DNA of 64,000 nt from assembly GCA_039815185.1 (NCBI GenBank), contig JBCBZT010000014.1, forward strand, positions 64,001 to 128,000. Direction: 5' to 3'. The number at the start of each line of letters is the position of its first letter. Position 1 is the first letter of the stretch. Source of the DNA: Cyanobacteria bacterium P01_A01_bin.123. GTDB lineage: Bacteria; Cyanobacteriota; Cyanobacteriia; Phormidesmidales; Phormidesmidaceae. The position numbers were made by a program, and so were the translations under genes. Of this stretch, positions 29,775 to 39,975 are shown in pieces. The notes below the pieces were generated by a model. The model had not been told where the DNA came from and ran no database searches. It was given only the letters and a program-made list of their open reading frames with translations.

Positions 29775-30558
29775 AGGTCAACTGATAGCGATAGAGCGCT
29801 ACCGGACGATTTAAGGCTTTGAAATAGTCTGGATCTCGGGAAGATAGATAAATTGCCGTGACTTGATTGGCTGTAATCACGGCCTCGTTATCCTCTTCCA
29901 CCTGAGAGTAAGCTGTCGTTGTTTCCACTTCGTTCAAGAAGGGCTGGGTAGTACCTCGAAACACTTGCTGAAATATTTCTGAGGTAACAAATTTATCCGC
30001 TGAGGGCGACTCTGTGGCTCGAGCGGTGATGGTGGAAACCAACTGGCGATCGCCCCTTAAAATCGTAATCTGACGGTTAGGATTATCCGGGTCAACCTTA
30101 ACCGCTTTGACAGCCTCGTCTCCCAAATAGGCTCGTGCTAAACTCAGCCCGTTGTAGGCTCGGTCTGAAACTATCTCTGGTGCAGACTGCTTGAGCTGGG
30201 GCAAAAATCGATTGAAATGACGCGGAGTTGCCGGGACAAACTTGACTAAGCAATCAACTGGACGGTTCAAGTATTGACGATTGCCTTCAAAGCCAGGCGT
30301 AATGATTTCTGGAGCTAAAGGCGCAACCATATCTATCAACACTGTGCGCATTTTCCAGGTTCCCGCCATCCAAGTAGGATAGGCCAAATCGCCCTCGGCC
30401 ACATCAACTGGAGGTTTGCCCTCCCATTGGGGGAATTGGACCAAGCGATCGCTGAGGTCTCCAGCCCTAGCTTCACCACTGCAAAAGAGCCATACTAGCA
30501 GCAACAGCGTAATCAAAAAAAGTTTGCGTCGAATGCGTTTGGGCTGCCAACGGGACAT
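29746..30558 (-). CDS. Conserved cyanobacterial exported protein (DUF6816-like)
   Basis: Signal peptide; 'GDLAYPTWMAGTW', 'DRAYN', 'NEVETTTAY'. Confidence 0.65.
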   Translation of the reverse strand: MSRWQPKRIRRKLFLITLLLLVWLFCSGEARAGDLSDRLVQFPQWEGKPPVDVAEGDLAYPTWMAGTWKMRTVLIDMVAPLAPEIITPGFEGNRQYLNRPVDCLVKFVPATPRHFNRFLPQLKQSAPEIVSDRAYNGLSLARAYLGDEAVKAVKVDPDNPNRQITILRGDRQLVSTITARATESPSADKFVTSEIFQQVFRGTTQPFLNEVETTTAYSQVEEDNEAVITANQVTAIYLSSRDPDYFKALNRPVALYRYQLTFTPKVAEHG

Positions 30559-30592
30559 AGTTATCGTTTAAGGGATGTCTCAAATCAATTTT

Positions 30593-31297
30593 TCAAGCTT
30601 TTTTTTCTGTGCTGAGCCTGTGCTCAGATTTTGGATACATTACTCGGAATAACGTTTGCTCGCATATACCCCAGTAATAGATACATACATTGAGGATAGC
30701 CAGCATTTTCGTACCATCTTCTAACAAAGCAGGTGTTCCCTTACCGGGGAGTTTAGCAACATCTGAAATGCCTGAAATAATTAGCAGCACTAGTGCAATG
30801 AGAAGTAAAATATAAGGTGTTGACAATAAAATTTTTCGATAAATCCACCCATATGCGACAACTGAAATTCCATAGGTTAGATATGAAATTAGCTTGGGGA
30901 CACTTAGGAAAACTTTAAATATCAGTGTCAACCTAAATAAGTCGTCAGCCAAAAAAATGGTAAGAAGAATTGCTGAAGACAAAATGAATCTCTTATAAAT
31001 ACTCCTGACTTTGTGAGAACGTAAAAACAGATATGTAAACCAACAGATACCAACGGCTACACACCAGAAAAAATCAGATATACCAGTAAACAAGCCATAA
31101 AAAGGAAATGTATCTGAGAAAAAATCTGAAAATAACGTGTTGATAATATAGCCACGTTTTCCACCTCCAAGTTTCGCGTAAATGCCGAGAAACATGAAAG
31201 TTGAGAGAAAGAAAAGATTTAAAAGACTAAAAGGAAGACTAGTTCTTAAAAAAAGAATACTTTCACGAATACCAAAGGTTTTGGATAAAAAAAACAT
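30593..31297 (-). CDS. Hypothetical polytopic membrane protein (AT-rich)
   Basis: About 6 hydrophobic segments with 'ADD' and 'ED.K' motifs; TTG start uncertain. Confidence 0.65.
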   Translation of the reverse strand: MFFLSKTFGIRESILFLRTSLPFSLLNLFFLSTFMFLGIYAKLGGGKRGYIINTLFSDFFSDTFPFYGLFTGISDFFWCVAVGICWFTYLFLRSHKVRSIYKRFILSSAILLTIFLADDLFRLTLIFKVFLSVPKLISYLTYGISVVAYGWIYRKILLSTPYILLLIALVLLIISGISDVAKLPGKGTPALLEDGTKMLAILNVCIYYWGICEQTLFRVMYPKSEHRLSTEKKA

Positions 31298-31503
31298 TGA
31301 CTTACATACTCTCGTAAAAGAAAACCACCCTACATATATGTAAAATCTAGAATCCTGTTCAAACCAACCAAATATTAACGAATTTTGAAATTTTAGGACG
31401 ACAAGCCTAGACTAGGAGGCTAGCTAGACCAGTAAGGAGAAAGTATCAAAATCTATCAAGCCTTAAACGGCTATATTAGTCTGTAGATATATATAAATCA
31501 CAA

Positions 31504-32190
31504 CTAGTATTGATAATTCAGAAGCCCAATTTCACGATGGCAAATCTCTTCAATCATCGATTGTGATTCTTTGCTTAAGATTTGCTTGTAGTTTAGATTC
31601 TTGGGACGATTATTATACTTTGTCTTTGGGATATTAAGAGCGCTAGGCAGACCTAAAATTTTGGAGACTTTCTCCAGTTCATAATCTAGGTCTTCAAATC
31701 GAGCGATGTAGTCTACGGCTATTTCACCTAAAATACTGTAAATTCCAAAGTTGGAAATCTTATTTGAATCTTCACGTTGTAAAAAGCTACATAGACTCGG
31801 AGGTTCAGACAAGCCTGCGGTCTTCCAGTAGTACCATGATACAGCTTTATCCCACGGATTTCGTTCAAAGCAGAATTTAAAGTAATTATTCCATACTGAT
31901 TGAGGAATAGTAGCCCGGACATCTTGGGCTGTTGTATGGTTGACATACTGGATACGGCTTCTTGTTTTCAAAAGCTTTAGCCAAGCATAGAAGTGGTAGT
32001 TTCGGATTGATGGAATATAGTTTTGTTTGCCAAGACCTGTATGGGCGTGGCGAATTTTTTCATCTTTGGGCACGAGAGGAGCAAGAACATCTTTTCTCTC
32101 ACAATGATGAGATAAGCCAATTTCTATACTTGTTCCAGCTGTTTTTCGGGTCTTGAGAAAGATAAATTTATACTTGTGGCAGATGATCAT
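31504..32190 (-). CDS. Sulfotransferase (Sulfotransfer_2 / carbohydrate O-sulfotransferase-like)
   Basis: 5'-PSB 'FLKTRKTAGTS', 3'-PB 'RNPWDKAVSWY', 'DYIARFEDL'. Confidence 0.85.
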   Translation of the reverse strand: MIICHKYKFIFLKTRKTAGTSIEIGLSHHCERKDVLAPLVPKDEKIRHAHTGLGKQNYIPSIRNYHFYAWLKLLKTRSRIQYVNHTTAQDVRATIPQSVWNNYFKFCFERNPWDKAVSWYYWKTAGLSEPPSLCSFLQREDSNKISNFGIYSILGEIAVDYIARFEDLDYELEKVSKILGLPSALNIPKTKYNNRPKNLNYKQILSKESQSMIEEICHREIGLLNYQY

Positions 32191-32326
32191 TTTAATAACC
32201 CTGATTCCTAACTTTAGAAGCTGTGATCAAATCAACTCGAGACTTGGAGCGTGAAGCTGCTTAATTGAATTAGTGAGTTGAAACAGACTCGCGAAAGGTT
32301 GTAGTGAATCCGAATATTTCTGCTTT

Positions 32327-33181
32327 TTAGTACAAAAACCAATCTGAAATATCTAAGTTGTACTCGCTCTCAAGCCTAACTAGATCATCACTCAAAGCAT
32401 CAAGTATAAATTTCTTCTGGACTTCAGTTAGAGGAGAAACAGTCTTGCTGTCATTGAGCAGTGGCTTAGCCAATACACCCCGAACTTTATTTTTAAGAGG
32501 ATCTGGTGCCAAGTTCTTCAACGGTTTCCAGTAACGTGAGTTCCTTAGTAAATGCCAGATTGTATCAGTTCTGTAGGAATTCTCAGAGTTATGTACCTTA
32601 CCGAGAGAAAATTTGAAAGATGAATCTAGGTCTAGGAAGTTGCAAACATTCTCCATCACAATACTAGGCTTATCCCTAAGATCCTCAGTTTTCAGGAGAA
32701 GAATATTTTCAAGAGAAAAACCATCGACAAATTTATCGACTATTACAGCATATCTAGCACGTTCAATTACCTCCGCAGGAACACTCGTCGGTGTCTCTTT
32801 TTTTAGGAATTCAGAATACCAACCCTGATAGGTACCATGCCTCCTCATTGACTCGATCTTCTGTACAGGATTTCTCAGAAGATAGATAAATTTAAATTCT
32901 GACTCTATAGTTTTTATGCGCTGAATAACCGTTTCTACTGCCAGTAAAGAATTAGTATAGCTAGGAGATGCTTCTAAAGCTGTCAAATGTTTATCCGGAT
33001 CCCACTCCCATAAATCTCTATAATACTCAATTCCCTTAGTCCATTGATGATCCTTGGAAAAGAAATTGGTTTCTTTGATTTTAGAAACTGAGATTTGTGG
33101 ATGTTGAGATAAATACGAAAATAAACTTGTTGTTCCTCCCTTTTGAGTACCTATAATTATACTAAGATTATTTATCTCCAT
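32327..33181 (-). CDS. PAPS-dependent sulfotransferase (heparan-sulfate-ST-like)
   Basis: 'IIGTQKGGTTSL', 'KETNFF', 'EASPSY', 'LRNPVQKIES'. Confidence 0.9.
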   Translation of the reverse strand: MEINNLSIIIGTQKGGTTSLFSYLSQHPQISVSKIKETNFFSKDHQWTKGIEYYRDLWEWDPDKHLTALEASPSYTNSLLAVETVIQRIKTIESEFKFIYLLRNPVQKIESMRRHGTYQGWYSEFLKKETPTSVPAEVIERARYAVIVDKFVDGFSLENILLLKTEDLRDKPSIVMENVCNFLDLDSSFKFSLGKVHNSENSYRTDTIWHLLRNSRYWKPLKNLAPDPLKNKVRGVLAKPLLNDSKTVSPLTEVQKKFILDALSDDLVRLESEYNLDISDWFLY

Positions 33182-33372
33182 AGCTATTCCCAGAAATGAA
33201 AGTCCAGTAGACGACTAACTCCGAAAGATGTTTTAAGAACTCTCTGAACTGAATTTGGTTATCTAAGTCATCCAAGAATCAAGATAAAACTCTTCTTTAG
33301 ACTTCTAGATCCAAAAAAAAGTTAAAGTTTTAAATTTCCTTTGGCTTTACTGGAGATTCAACAGGAACAAAA

Positions 33373-34272
33373 TCAGGATCCGCCTACTCTTTCTTCTCGG
33401 AAGGCACTAATTTCTGCTTTAGAATAAAAATGATTAACGTATTTAGACAAATACATTTTGTCTAAATAGCTTTCAGGAAGTGAAAGGGTTTTCTTAAATA
33501 ACTTGTAACATTGAGCATAGCTTTTATCTGCCCCAATGTTCTCAGACTTTACTTCAAAGTCCTTGATTCCTAAAAAAATGTTGAATGCTTCCGCTACTAC
33601 TTGGTTGAGAACTTCTAATTTTAATATTAAAACATCTGCTTGCTCACCTTCGCATATCTGATACCCTCTTTCCATGTCAAAGGGAATTGAAAAAACATCG
33701 ATCCCGAAAGTTGGCTTCATTTCTAAATCAAACCAGCTTAATGGTACATCATGGTATGAGAACTCTTCTAAAAAAAGCCTTTTCAATTCATCAAGTATAG
33801 ACTCCATATTATCTGTTTTGATTTTCTCTCTTAAAGAGAAACCAAATAGATACTCAAGATTTTGAAAGAAACTAGATATATTCTTAGCCACTGGATCTCT
33901 GGTAAGAGTAATGACCTTTAGCTTTTCTCTCTTTGATTGTTTTAGATATCTCCTGATATAAAAGCTATGTATGAGTGGGGTATGAATAGCCTGTATTCGA
34001 GAATAGTTTTCTCTATAAAAGCCTTCACTTTTATGGAGGCCTGGATCAGATAAATAATGAGTATGATATATGGAATATTTGTCTGGATCCGGGTTGAGGG
34101 TTTTTAATGATTCATATATAGCTGTGGAAGCGACTTTTCCCATTTGATGAACAACTATGGGCTGCTTGTTAGTTGAACTATCTAAGAATAATACTTTTAG
34201 ATGATGATATGCTCTCGCAAAATGGTAATTGCTTCTCAGTATTTTCTGAAAGAGTATTTTAGGTGATTCCAT
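33373..34272 (-). CDS. Sulfotransferase-like putative capsular polysaccharide synthesis protein
   Basis: 'HQMGKVAST' and 'TRDPVAKNISSFFQ' resemble the PSB and PB loops. Confidence 0.7.
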   Translation of the reverse strand: MESPKILFQKILRSNYHFARAYHHLKVLFLDSSTNKQPIVVHQMGKVASTAIYESLKTLNPDPDKYSIYHTHYLSDPGLHKSEGFYRENYSRIQAIHTPLIHSFYIRRYLKQSKREKLKVITLTRDPVAKNISSFFQNLEYLFGFSLREKIKTDNMESILDELKRLFLEEFSYHDVPLSWFDLEMKPTFGIDVFSIPFDMERGYQICEGEQADVLILKLEVLNQVVAEAFNIFLGIKDFEVKSENIGADKSYAQCYKLFKKTLSLPESYLDKMYLSKYVNHFYSKAEISAFREERVGGS

Positions 34273-34292
34273 CTCAAGAAAATTTTGAACCT

Positions 34293-35477
34293 CTAATTCT
34301 CAAAGAAAAATTTTCGACAAATTTCTTCTAAGTTTGCATTAAATCGAGAAATCTCAAAGTGTTTGCAAACTTCTTGCCTCAGCCACTCAGGATTGTACAA
34401 GTTTTGGTTAGCATAGGTACCTTGGAGGATTTCGATCAGCTTAGCTGCGATCGCAGCTTCGTCATCTGGATCGACTAAGCAGCCTAGCTTACCGTTGAGG
34501 AGGGGATCAACTGAACCATCTTGGTTCCCGGCTAGAACAAGTCTACCCGATGCTAAAGCTTCAAGGTAGACAATGCCAAACCCTTCTCCCTTGCTGGGCA
34601 TGGCAAAAACATCACATAGACTGTAGTAGTCCGGTAATTCTTCGTCAGGCACAAACCCCGTTAAAGTAACGCAATCCTGCAAGTTAAGTTCGGCAATCAT
34701 TGCTTCAATTCGGGGTCGATCGTCACCTTTTCCCACTAGAACATAATGGACATCTGGAACCTGTTGGCGAATTTTGGGCAACATCCGCAAAATCTTGTCG
34801 TACCCCTTGTAGTGGGCGAATCCTTGTAGGCGAGTGACGGTTAAGATAATGGGTTGCTCTGGTTTTAGGTTATGACGATCAAGGAGATAGGTAGGTTTGG
34901 GTTGCAGCTTAAACCGAGCAGGATCAAACGTATTCGGCAATACACACATTTGATCGGGGTTGAGATACCCCTCGGCGAGCACGCGATCGCGCGTGTACTG
35001 ACTAACCGCGATTACCCGATCTGCGCCCTGTAAGGCTTTCTGATAGGCGGTATTTTTGATATCCCATGCTTCTATGCCATGCAAAACCACCCAATAGGGA
35101 ATACCTAAGCGTTGGTAGAGCTTATGGCAAAGGACAACGTAGTAATTAATTTCGGTCGTGACAATGAGGGCTGGGCGATAGATTAAGGCATTTACTAAAA
35201 TCGTGGCGGCTGATAAGAGGGTTCGAAACCGTCGCCGCCAGCCGTTAGTGTCGCAGACCCGCTCGCCAAACGCAAAGAAGCGAGTCTGCGGCAAAAAGGA
35301 GAAGTCACTGACAGCATCGGAAGTAGACCGCTCATACTTGAGAAACACGCTATAACGTGCATCTGGGTACACCTTCTGGATTCCTTGTAAAACCAAGGCA
35401 GAATAGACCTGCACGCCGCCTTTGAATCCAAAAAAATTGGGCGCTAGGACGAAAAAGTGGTTGGGTGATGCTGTCAT
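34293..35477 (-). CDS. Glycosyltransferase family 4
   Basis: 'GGVQ', 'HGIEAW', 'YKGYD', 'PSKGEGFGIVYLEALASG'. Confidence 0.92.
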   Translation of the reverse strand: MTASPNHFFVLAPNFFGFKGGVQVYSALVLQGIQKVYPDARYSVFLKYERSTSDAVSDFSFLPQTRFFAFGERVCDTNGWRRRFRTLLSAATILVNALIYRPALIVTTEINYYVVLCHKLYQRLGIPYWVVLHGIEAWDIKNTAYQKALQGADRVIAVSQYTRDRVLAEGYLNPDQMCVLPNTFDPARFKLQPKPTYLLDRHNLKPEQPIILTVTRLQGFAHYKGYDKILRMLPKIRQQVPDVHYVLVGKGDDRPRIEAMIAELNLQDCVTLTGFVPDEELPDYYSLCDVFAMPSKGEGFGIVYLEALASGRLVLAGNQDGSVDPLLNGKLGCLVDPDDEAAIAAKLIEILQGTYANQNLYNPEWLRQEVCKHFEISRFNANLEEICRKFFFEN

Positions 35478-35487
35478 GACGCTAAAT

Positions 35488-37188
35488 CTATGACGATACG
35501 GCAGTGGGAGCGGTTCGCTGGATCAGGGACTGTCCATCGAGATGCTGAGGGATGGGGGCATCCATCAATCCTAGAATAGTAGGTGCTAAATCAATAGCTT
35601 GTCCTTCTGGCAGATCCGAACCCGCTTCAATGCCAGGCCCCTTCGCCATCACGAATCCCCTAGAGGTATGCCCACCAGGACGATAGTAGGTGAGTGGGCC
35701 AATCCGGCCTAGATCAGGGCTGTCAATGACATCTGTTGGGTTGTTATGCCAAGACACGACTAAATCCGCATCGGGACGTTTTTCATCGCCATAATCTCCC
35801 GCTGGGCGGGTGCGAGCCACCGATTTAACGATTGGCTGGCCTGTTCTGGCATCAGTTAGTCGATATAGAATCTCGGTCAATTCATCACAAATTGACTCAT
35901 ATTCTGAAGGTTTGACAAACCCATCGCGATCGCGTCCTTCTAAGTTAATGCGAATAAAGCCCTCGGCAACGCCAGGTAAGACAAATGCCTTCATCTCAGG
36001 CCATAGACGTTGATACCACATGTTTGGCATCCAAGCTAAATCTTCACCCTGCTTTAGCATTTCATAGGGGGAATCCAGAGCTGGTTCAGGACCAGAATTG
36101 AGCACTTTGTCAAACTTGCTGGGTGTCCAGCGATGGAACAAGCGTTTGATTGGATTAACCCCGTACCGCTCTTGCCAAACTTCGCCCGGCCAGGTTTTGC
36201 GCTTTGGATTAGCAATTTGTGCTGGTGGGGTAGTATCTAGTTTCCCTAGGGCTATACCAGCCTTACCTGGGAAATTGTATCGATAGAGCAACTCGGGCAA
36301 AAAGGCCATGTTGCAGAGGTCAGCCATGTTGTTGGTGATGCCATGAACCCCAAAAACCACTACGTAAGCATCCTGAGGTAAATCGGCAATAATCTCACCA
36401 ACGGCTTGATCAACGGCTTGTACCGCCTTAATCATGGGATTATTCGCTGAGTTGTTGGCGGAATCGGGATGCAGGGGATGATCTACCTCGCTAAAGTGGA
36501 GCAAATCATGGCCTGCGGAGTGGGTTTCTCCAAAGACCGTGATGAATAAATCCCAAGGCTTCTGCTTCAGGAAATCGCGACAAATTTTTGAGCGGGTGGA
36601 TGCACTGTCAGCAACCGCTTTTTGAATCCACTCTAAATAATTTGGATCCCACCAAACGCCAAAATCACGCTTGAACAAAGGATTGCGACCATACTTCTTA
36701 TTGATGTCAGGCAACAAGCTAGTTGGGGTCGAACGGGGATCCATGTGGGAGCCACTATGACCGCCCCAAACGGCGATCTCAACACCATTGAAATCTTCGC
36801 TAACCCCAGACATTGGCACATCAAATAGGCCAATTTGGTAGTTTGGGTCGAAGTCATAAAAAGCTTTGAATTCTTTATAGTCGTACCCTAAGGATTGCCC
36901 CTCATCGGTTCTATCCTGGGTAACCTGATAGCTATCTGCATGGTATTTAGCCGTGTCCCAGTAGCCAGTTTTGCTGGGTAAACAGCCCGTTGAAAAAATT
37001 ACCCAGTTGCGCTCGGAGCATATACTATCAACGGGTTCACCGCACAAATCAAATTGAGTTCTGAGCCTTCCATAAGCTCCTTGCTGGCGAAGTGTCGCTA
37101 GATTCTTAAGATATCCTTGATCCATTAAGCGCTCTAACAAAACAGGATCAGCAGCATCTAGTCCAATTGCAATTACGGGCCTTTTCAC
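35488..37188 (-). CDS. Alkaline-phosphatase-superfamily type I phosphodiesterase / nucleotide pyrophosphatase
   Basis: 'IGLDAAD', 'W..FSTG..P', 'ETHSAGH', 'HG', 'IRINLEGRD', 'IDLAPTIL'. Confidence 0.85.
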   Translation of the reverse strand: MKRPVIAIGLDAADPVLLERLMDQGYLKNLATLRQQGAYGRLRTQFDLCGEPVDSICSERNWVIFSTGCLPSKTGYWDTAKYHADSYQVTQDRTDEGQSLGYDYKEFKAFYDFDPNYQIGLFDVPMSGVSEDFNGVEIAVWGGHSGSHMDPRSTPTSLLPDINKKYGRNPLFKRDFGVWWDPNYLEWIQKAVADSASTRSKICRDFLKQKPWDLFITVFGETHSAGHDLLHFSEVDHPLHPDSANNSANNPMIKAVQAVDQAVGEIIADLPQDAYVVVFGVHGITNNMADLCNMAFLPELLYRYNFPGKAGIALGKLDTTPPAQIANPKRKTWPGEVWQERYGVNPIKRLFHRWTPSKFDKVLNSGPEPALDSPYEMLKQGEDLAWMPNMWYQRLWPEMKAFVLPGVAEGFIRINLEGRDRDGFVKPSEYESICDELTEILYRLTDARTGQPIVKSVARTRPAGDYGDEKRPDADLVVSWHNNPTDVIDSPDLGRIGPLTYYRPGGHTSRGFVMAKGPGIEAGSDLPEGQAIDLAPTILGLMDAPIPQHLDGQSLIQRTAPTAVSS

Positions 37189-37443
37189 AATTATCTCCTT
37201 ATCATTTACTCAAATTCAGTCAACGGGGTTTATTGAGACTTTTTGGAAAGGGGGAGGTGGCATCTTTCCCAACTCAACTTCACGCTCATGCTATAGTCTA
37301 GTAATTTTTAAGTTGGTTGAGCCACACTACTAATTAAATCTGCAGCAGTCTTCATACTTTCTGTGCTGCTACATTAATCTTACAAAAATCTCTTCAGAGG
37401 ATTTTCACTACTTATAGACAGATGCTCAAGATTGACCTCGACT

Positions 37444-39381
37444 TCAATCATGTTTAGCATCCATTGGTCGCGGTTTCGAGAGCTGGAAACCTTGGGCGTA
37501 GGCGATTCCCAAAGTTTTCACATGACTTAAAACGGCTGGGGTTTCAACGCCTTTTGCAATCATAGAAAGATCCACGCCACTGTGTTTTCTCATCATCTCC
37601 TGAAATGTTTTAAAACCATTGGAAATTTCATCTGTAGACTTCGCCAGGCAGATATTGAACTTGACGAAGCTAACAGGGTAATTCTTCAGCAAGTCGCTGC
37701 AATTTCGATGTACCCCAAAATTATCAATAATTAGTTGACAACCTAGTTCATTTAATCCATTGGCAAACTTTGTAACTTCTGGAAAGTACTCAACGGCGAT
37801 CGATTCTGAAACTTCAAAACACAACTGATCTGCACGAAGATTTGACTGGGTTAAACACTCAGCAACAAAATCTATAAATTGACGATCGCAAACACTAGCC
37901 CGAGACAGATTAAAGGAATGGATGTTGGGCAAATTTTGAGACTGAGATGGCTGAGTTGTTAAGGCATGAGTTTTAAGAAAGCGACGTAATACCCATCTAT
38001 CTAAAGTGCGTGCTAGTCCATAATGCTCAATGACAGGCATAAATTCCCTTGGATTGCCAGGTGTGTCACCACCTAATCGCACAAATACTTCTTGCTGGGC
38101 CAGGGGATGCTCCAAATGCTCAATAGCGATAACGGGTTGTTGATAAAGTTGAAACTGATCTTGCTCAAATCCTGCGGTGATGCGCTTCAGCCAAAGGTCT
38201 TGATCAGGAATAGCTCGAATGCTTTGGTTCTGTAGAAAGTCTTGATAGGTTTTCTTCAACAGGAAGAAAGGGCTGACTACGGAACTGGTTAAGTGCTCTC
38301 GTTCACAGGCGATAACCCAATTATCCGTTGATGGGGTGCCGTGTCTAACCCAATGCAGCGCAAGCCTGCGCAAATCATTGGCGATGTAAGCTGGCACCAG
38401 CAGCGGACGTTTCCAATCGGTGATGCCTAACATACGGATATAAAACCGACTCAGCCCAATACATCGAAGTAACGTTTTGAGATAATCAAGCTGTAATCGG
38501 CTATTGGGAATTAGATGCTCAACCACCATGTCTGGGTTGTACCAAACTTCCCAGCCTCCTTTTTGGATGTGAAGGGCTGCTTCCAAATCTTCGCTGGCTA
38601 ATCCTGCCCCTTTGCCCTTGTTATCCAAAAACAGCTTTTCAGGCACTGACGCTAGCCAAGCCTTACGCCTAACTGCCAATCCGGCTCCAGGAGGCAAGAT
38701 CTTAGTCTTAGGTTCGTATCGATGGGGTTGGCTACCCCGCTCAACAATGGCTAAATAGGAGGCTATTTTTTGGAATCCTTCCGGGGGTGAGCCTTCAAAC
38801 TTGCCGTGAATTTGACTACCAAAGGCACCCGCTTTGGGATAATGTTGACTGAACTCAAATGCATTTTTGACCCAGTCATGGGCGGGTAGGTTGTCATCAT
38901 CTAAAAATGCGACCAATTCACCCTGAGCTAACTGAATTGCATGCTGGCGGGCGTGAGCGGCACCCTGCTCAGCCGCGAAACCATACCTCAAAGTGCAACT
39001 TCTAATCCACTCCTGCTGATAAGCTTGCACAACATCAGCAGTGGCATCAGTACTGTTGTTGTCACAGACAATCACTTCCCAGGAAATGTCATCAATGCCA
39101 GTTTGCGATCGCAGCCGATCTAAGACCAACGGTAGCCGTTTTGCACCGTTGTAGGTTGGGATGGCTACAGTAATATCCATAATCTGGCGTTGTTCCTTGG
39201 CCGCAGGTTCAGTTTGAGCGAACTGGGTAGCCGCGAAGGGACTATCTGTACTAGTTGATGCTGTATCAATTGATTCGGGTGCGATTTGGGAAACCATGGA
39301 AGGGGTGACCATCCTGCCTCTGTTAGCGGCAATGAACGCCATGAAAGTCAAATCAGAAACCAAACTATTTGCATTTTTCAA
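37444..39381 (-). CDS. hpsE: HpsE-like GT2 glycosyltransferase fused to a degenerate EAL domain (true start may be ATG 39297 or 39180)
   Basis: 'DITVAIPTYNGAKRLP', 'DNNSTD', DxD-like 'FLDDDN', 'PPGAGL', 'SEDLE'; C-terminal 'LYQQP..EVFVRL', 'FNLS', 'FEVSE', 'IDNFG', 'AKGVET', 'QGFQLSKP'. Confidence 0.82.
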   Translation of the reverse strand: MKNANSLVSDLTFMAFIAANRGRMVTPSMVSQIAPESIDTASTSTDSPFAATQFAQTEPAAKEQRQIMDITVAIPTYNGAKRLPLVLDRLRSQTGIDDISWEVIVCDNNSTDATADVVQAYQQEWIRSCTLRYGFAAEQGAAHARQHAIQLAQGELVAFLDDDNLPAHDWVKNAFEFSQHYPKAGAFGSQIHGKFEGSPPEGFQKIASYLAIVERGSQPHRYEPKTKILPPGAGLAVRRKAWLASVPEKLFLDNKGKGAGLASEDLEAALHIQKGGWEVWYNPDMVVEHLIPNSRLQLDYLKTLLRCIGLSRFYIRMLGITDWKRPLLVPAYIANDLRRLALHWVRHGTPSTDNWVIACEREHLTSSVVSPFFLLKKTYQDFLQNQSIRAIPDQDLWLKRITAGFEQDQFQLYQQPVIAIEHLEHPLAQQEVFVRLGGDTPGNPREFMPVIEHYGLARTLDRWVLRRFLKTHALTTQPSQSQNLPNIHSFNLSRASVCDRQFIDFVAECLTQSNLRADQLCFEVSESIAVEYFPEVTKFANGLNELGCQLIIDNFGVHRNCSDLLKNYPVSFVKFNICLAKSTDEISNGFKTFQEMMRKHSGVDLSMIAKGVETPAVLSHVKTLGIAYAQGFQLSKPRPMDAKHD

Positions 39382-39835
39382 TGCTTTGGCTAGTCAAAAC
39401 TGCATTAGGGGAAGTGAGTATTAGAGTTTAGCTGCAACGGGGCAGTTTAACTCCATATCACTGAAGGTTAGCCCATACGCCTAACCGATGTCGAACATTG
39501 GTGTGCGAGTGATTGTAACCGACCCCACAGTACACCCCTACAATAAACCTGGTTGCAATTACAGACGCGACCCGGTTGAATTAATGTAGCCGACTGCAGC
39601 ACTGCAAGGACTAAAGTCACTTGCGTAAATGAATCTCCTTACAATAGCAACACATTTTTCAATCCAGGCTCAACACAGCAAATGCAGCTTTACTCAGTCT
39701 TTATCGAAGATCAACAGCGGATCGAGAAAACTCCCACATTGTAAGTATTTGATGAAGTTGGCCGTTTGGTATTTCCGTATTTCGACGCAGCTAACGGTTC
39801 TTGAAAATATAAATCTCATCTGATTTAAAGACTTC

Positions 39836-39863
39836 TTAGGGGCGCAAGGCCTTGCACCCCTAA
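39836..39863. repeat. REP-like palindromic element
   Basis: TTAGGGGCGCAAGG|CCTTGCACCCCTAA, a near-perfect palindrome of the cyanobacterial TAGGGGCG...CCCCTA type. Confidence 0.6.
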
Positions 39864-39955
39864 AAGAGGGAAATGACAGGCTGGATGCGGCTAGGGGTTA
39901 GCGAAGAACGAGGGCGAGAGTTAACTATTTCTTGGCTAAACTGCTGAAACAATGA

Positions 39956-39975
39956 TGTTGTCATCGTTGACAACA
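39956..39975. promoter_or_regulatory. Perfect 8-4-8 inverted repeat, candidate operator
   Basis: TGTTGTCA-TCGT-TGACAACA in the divergent hpsE / histidine kinase intergenic region. Confidence 0.4.
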
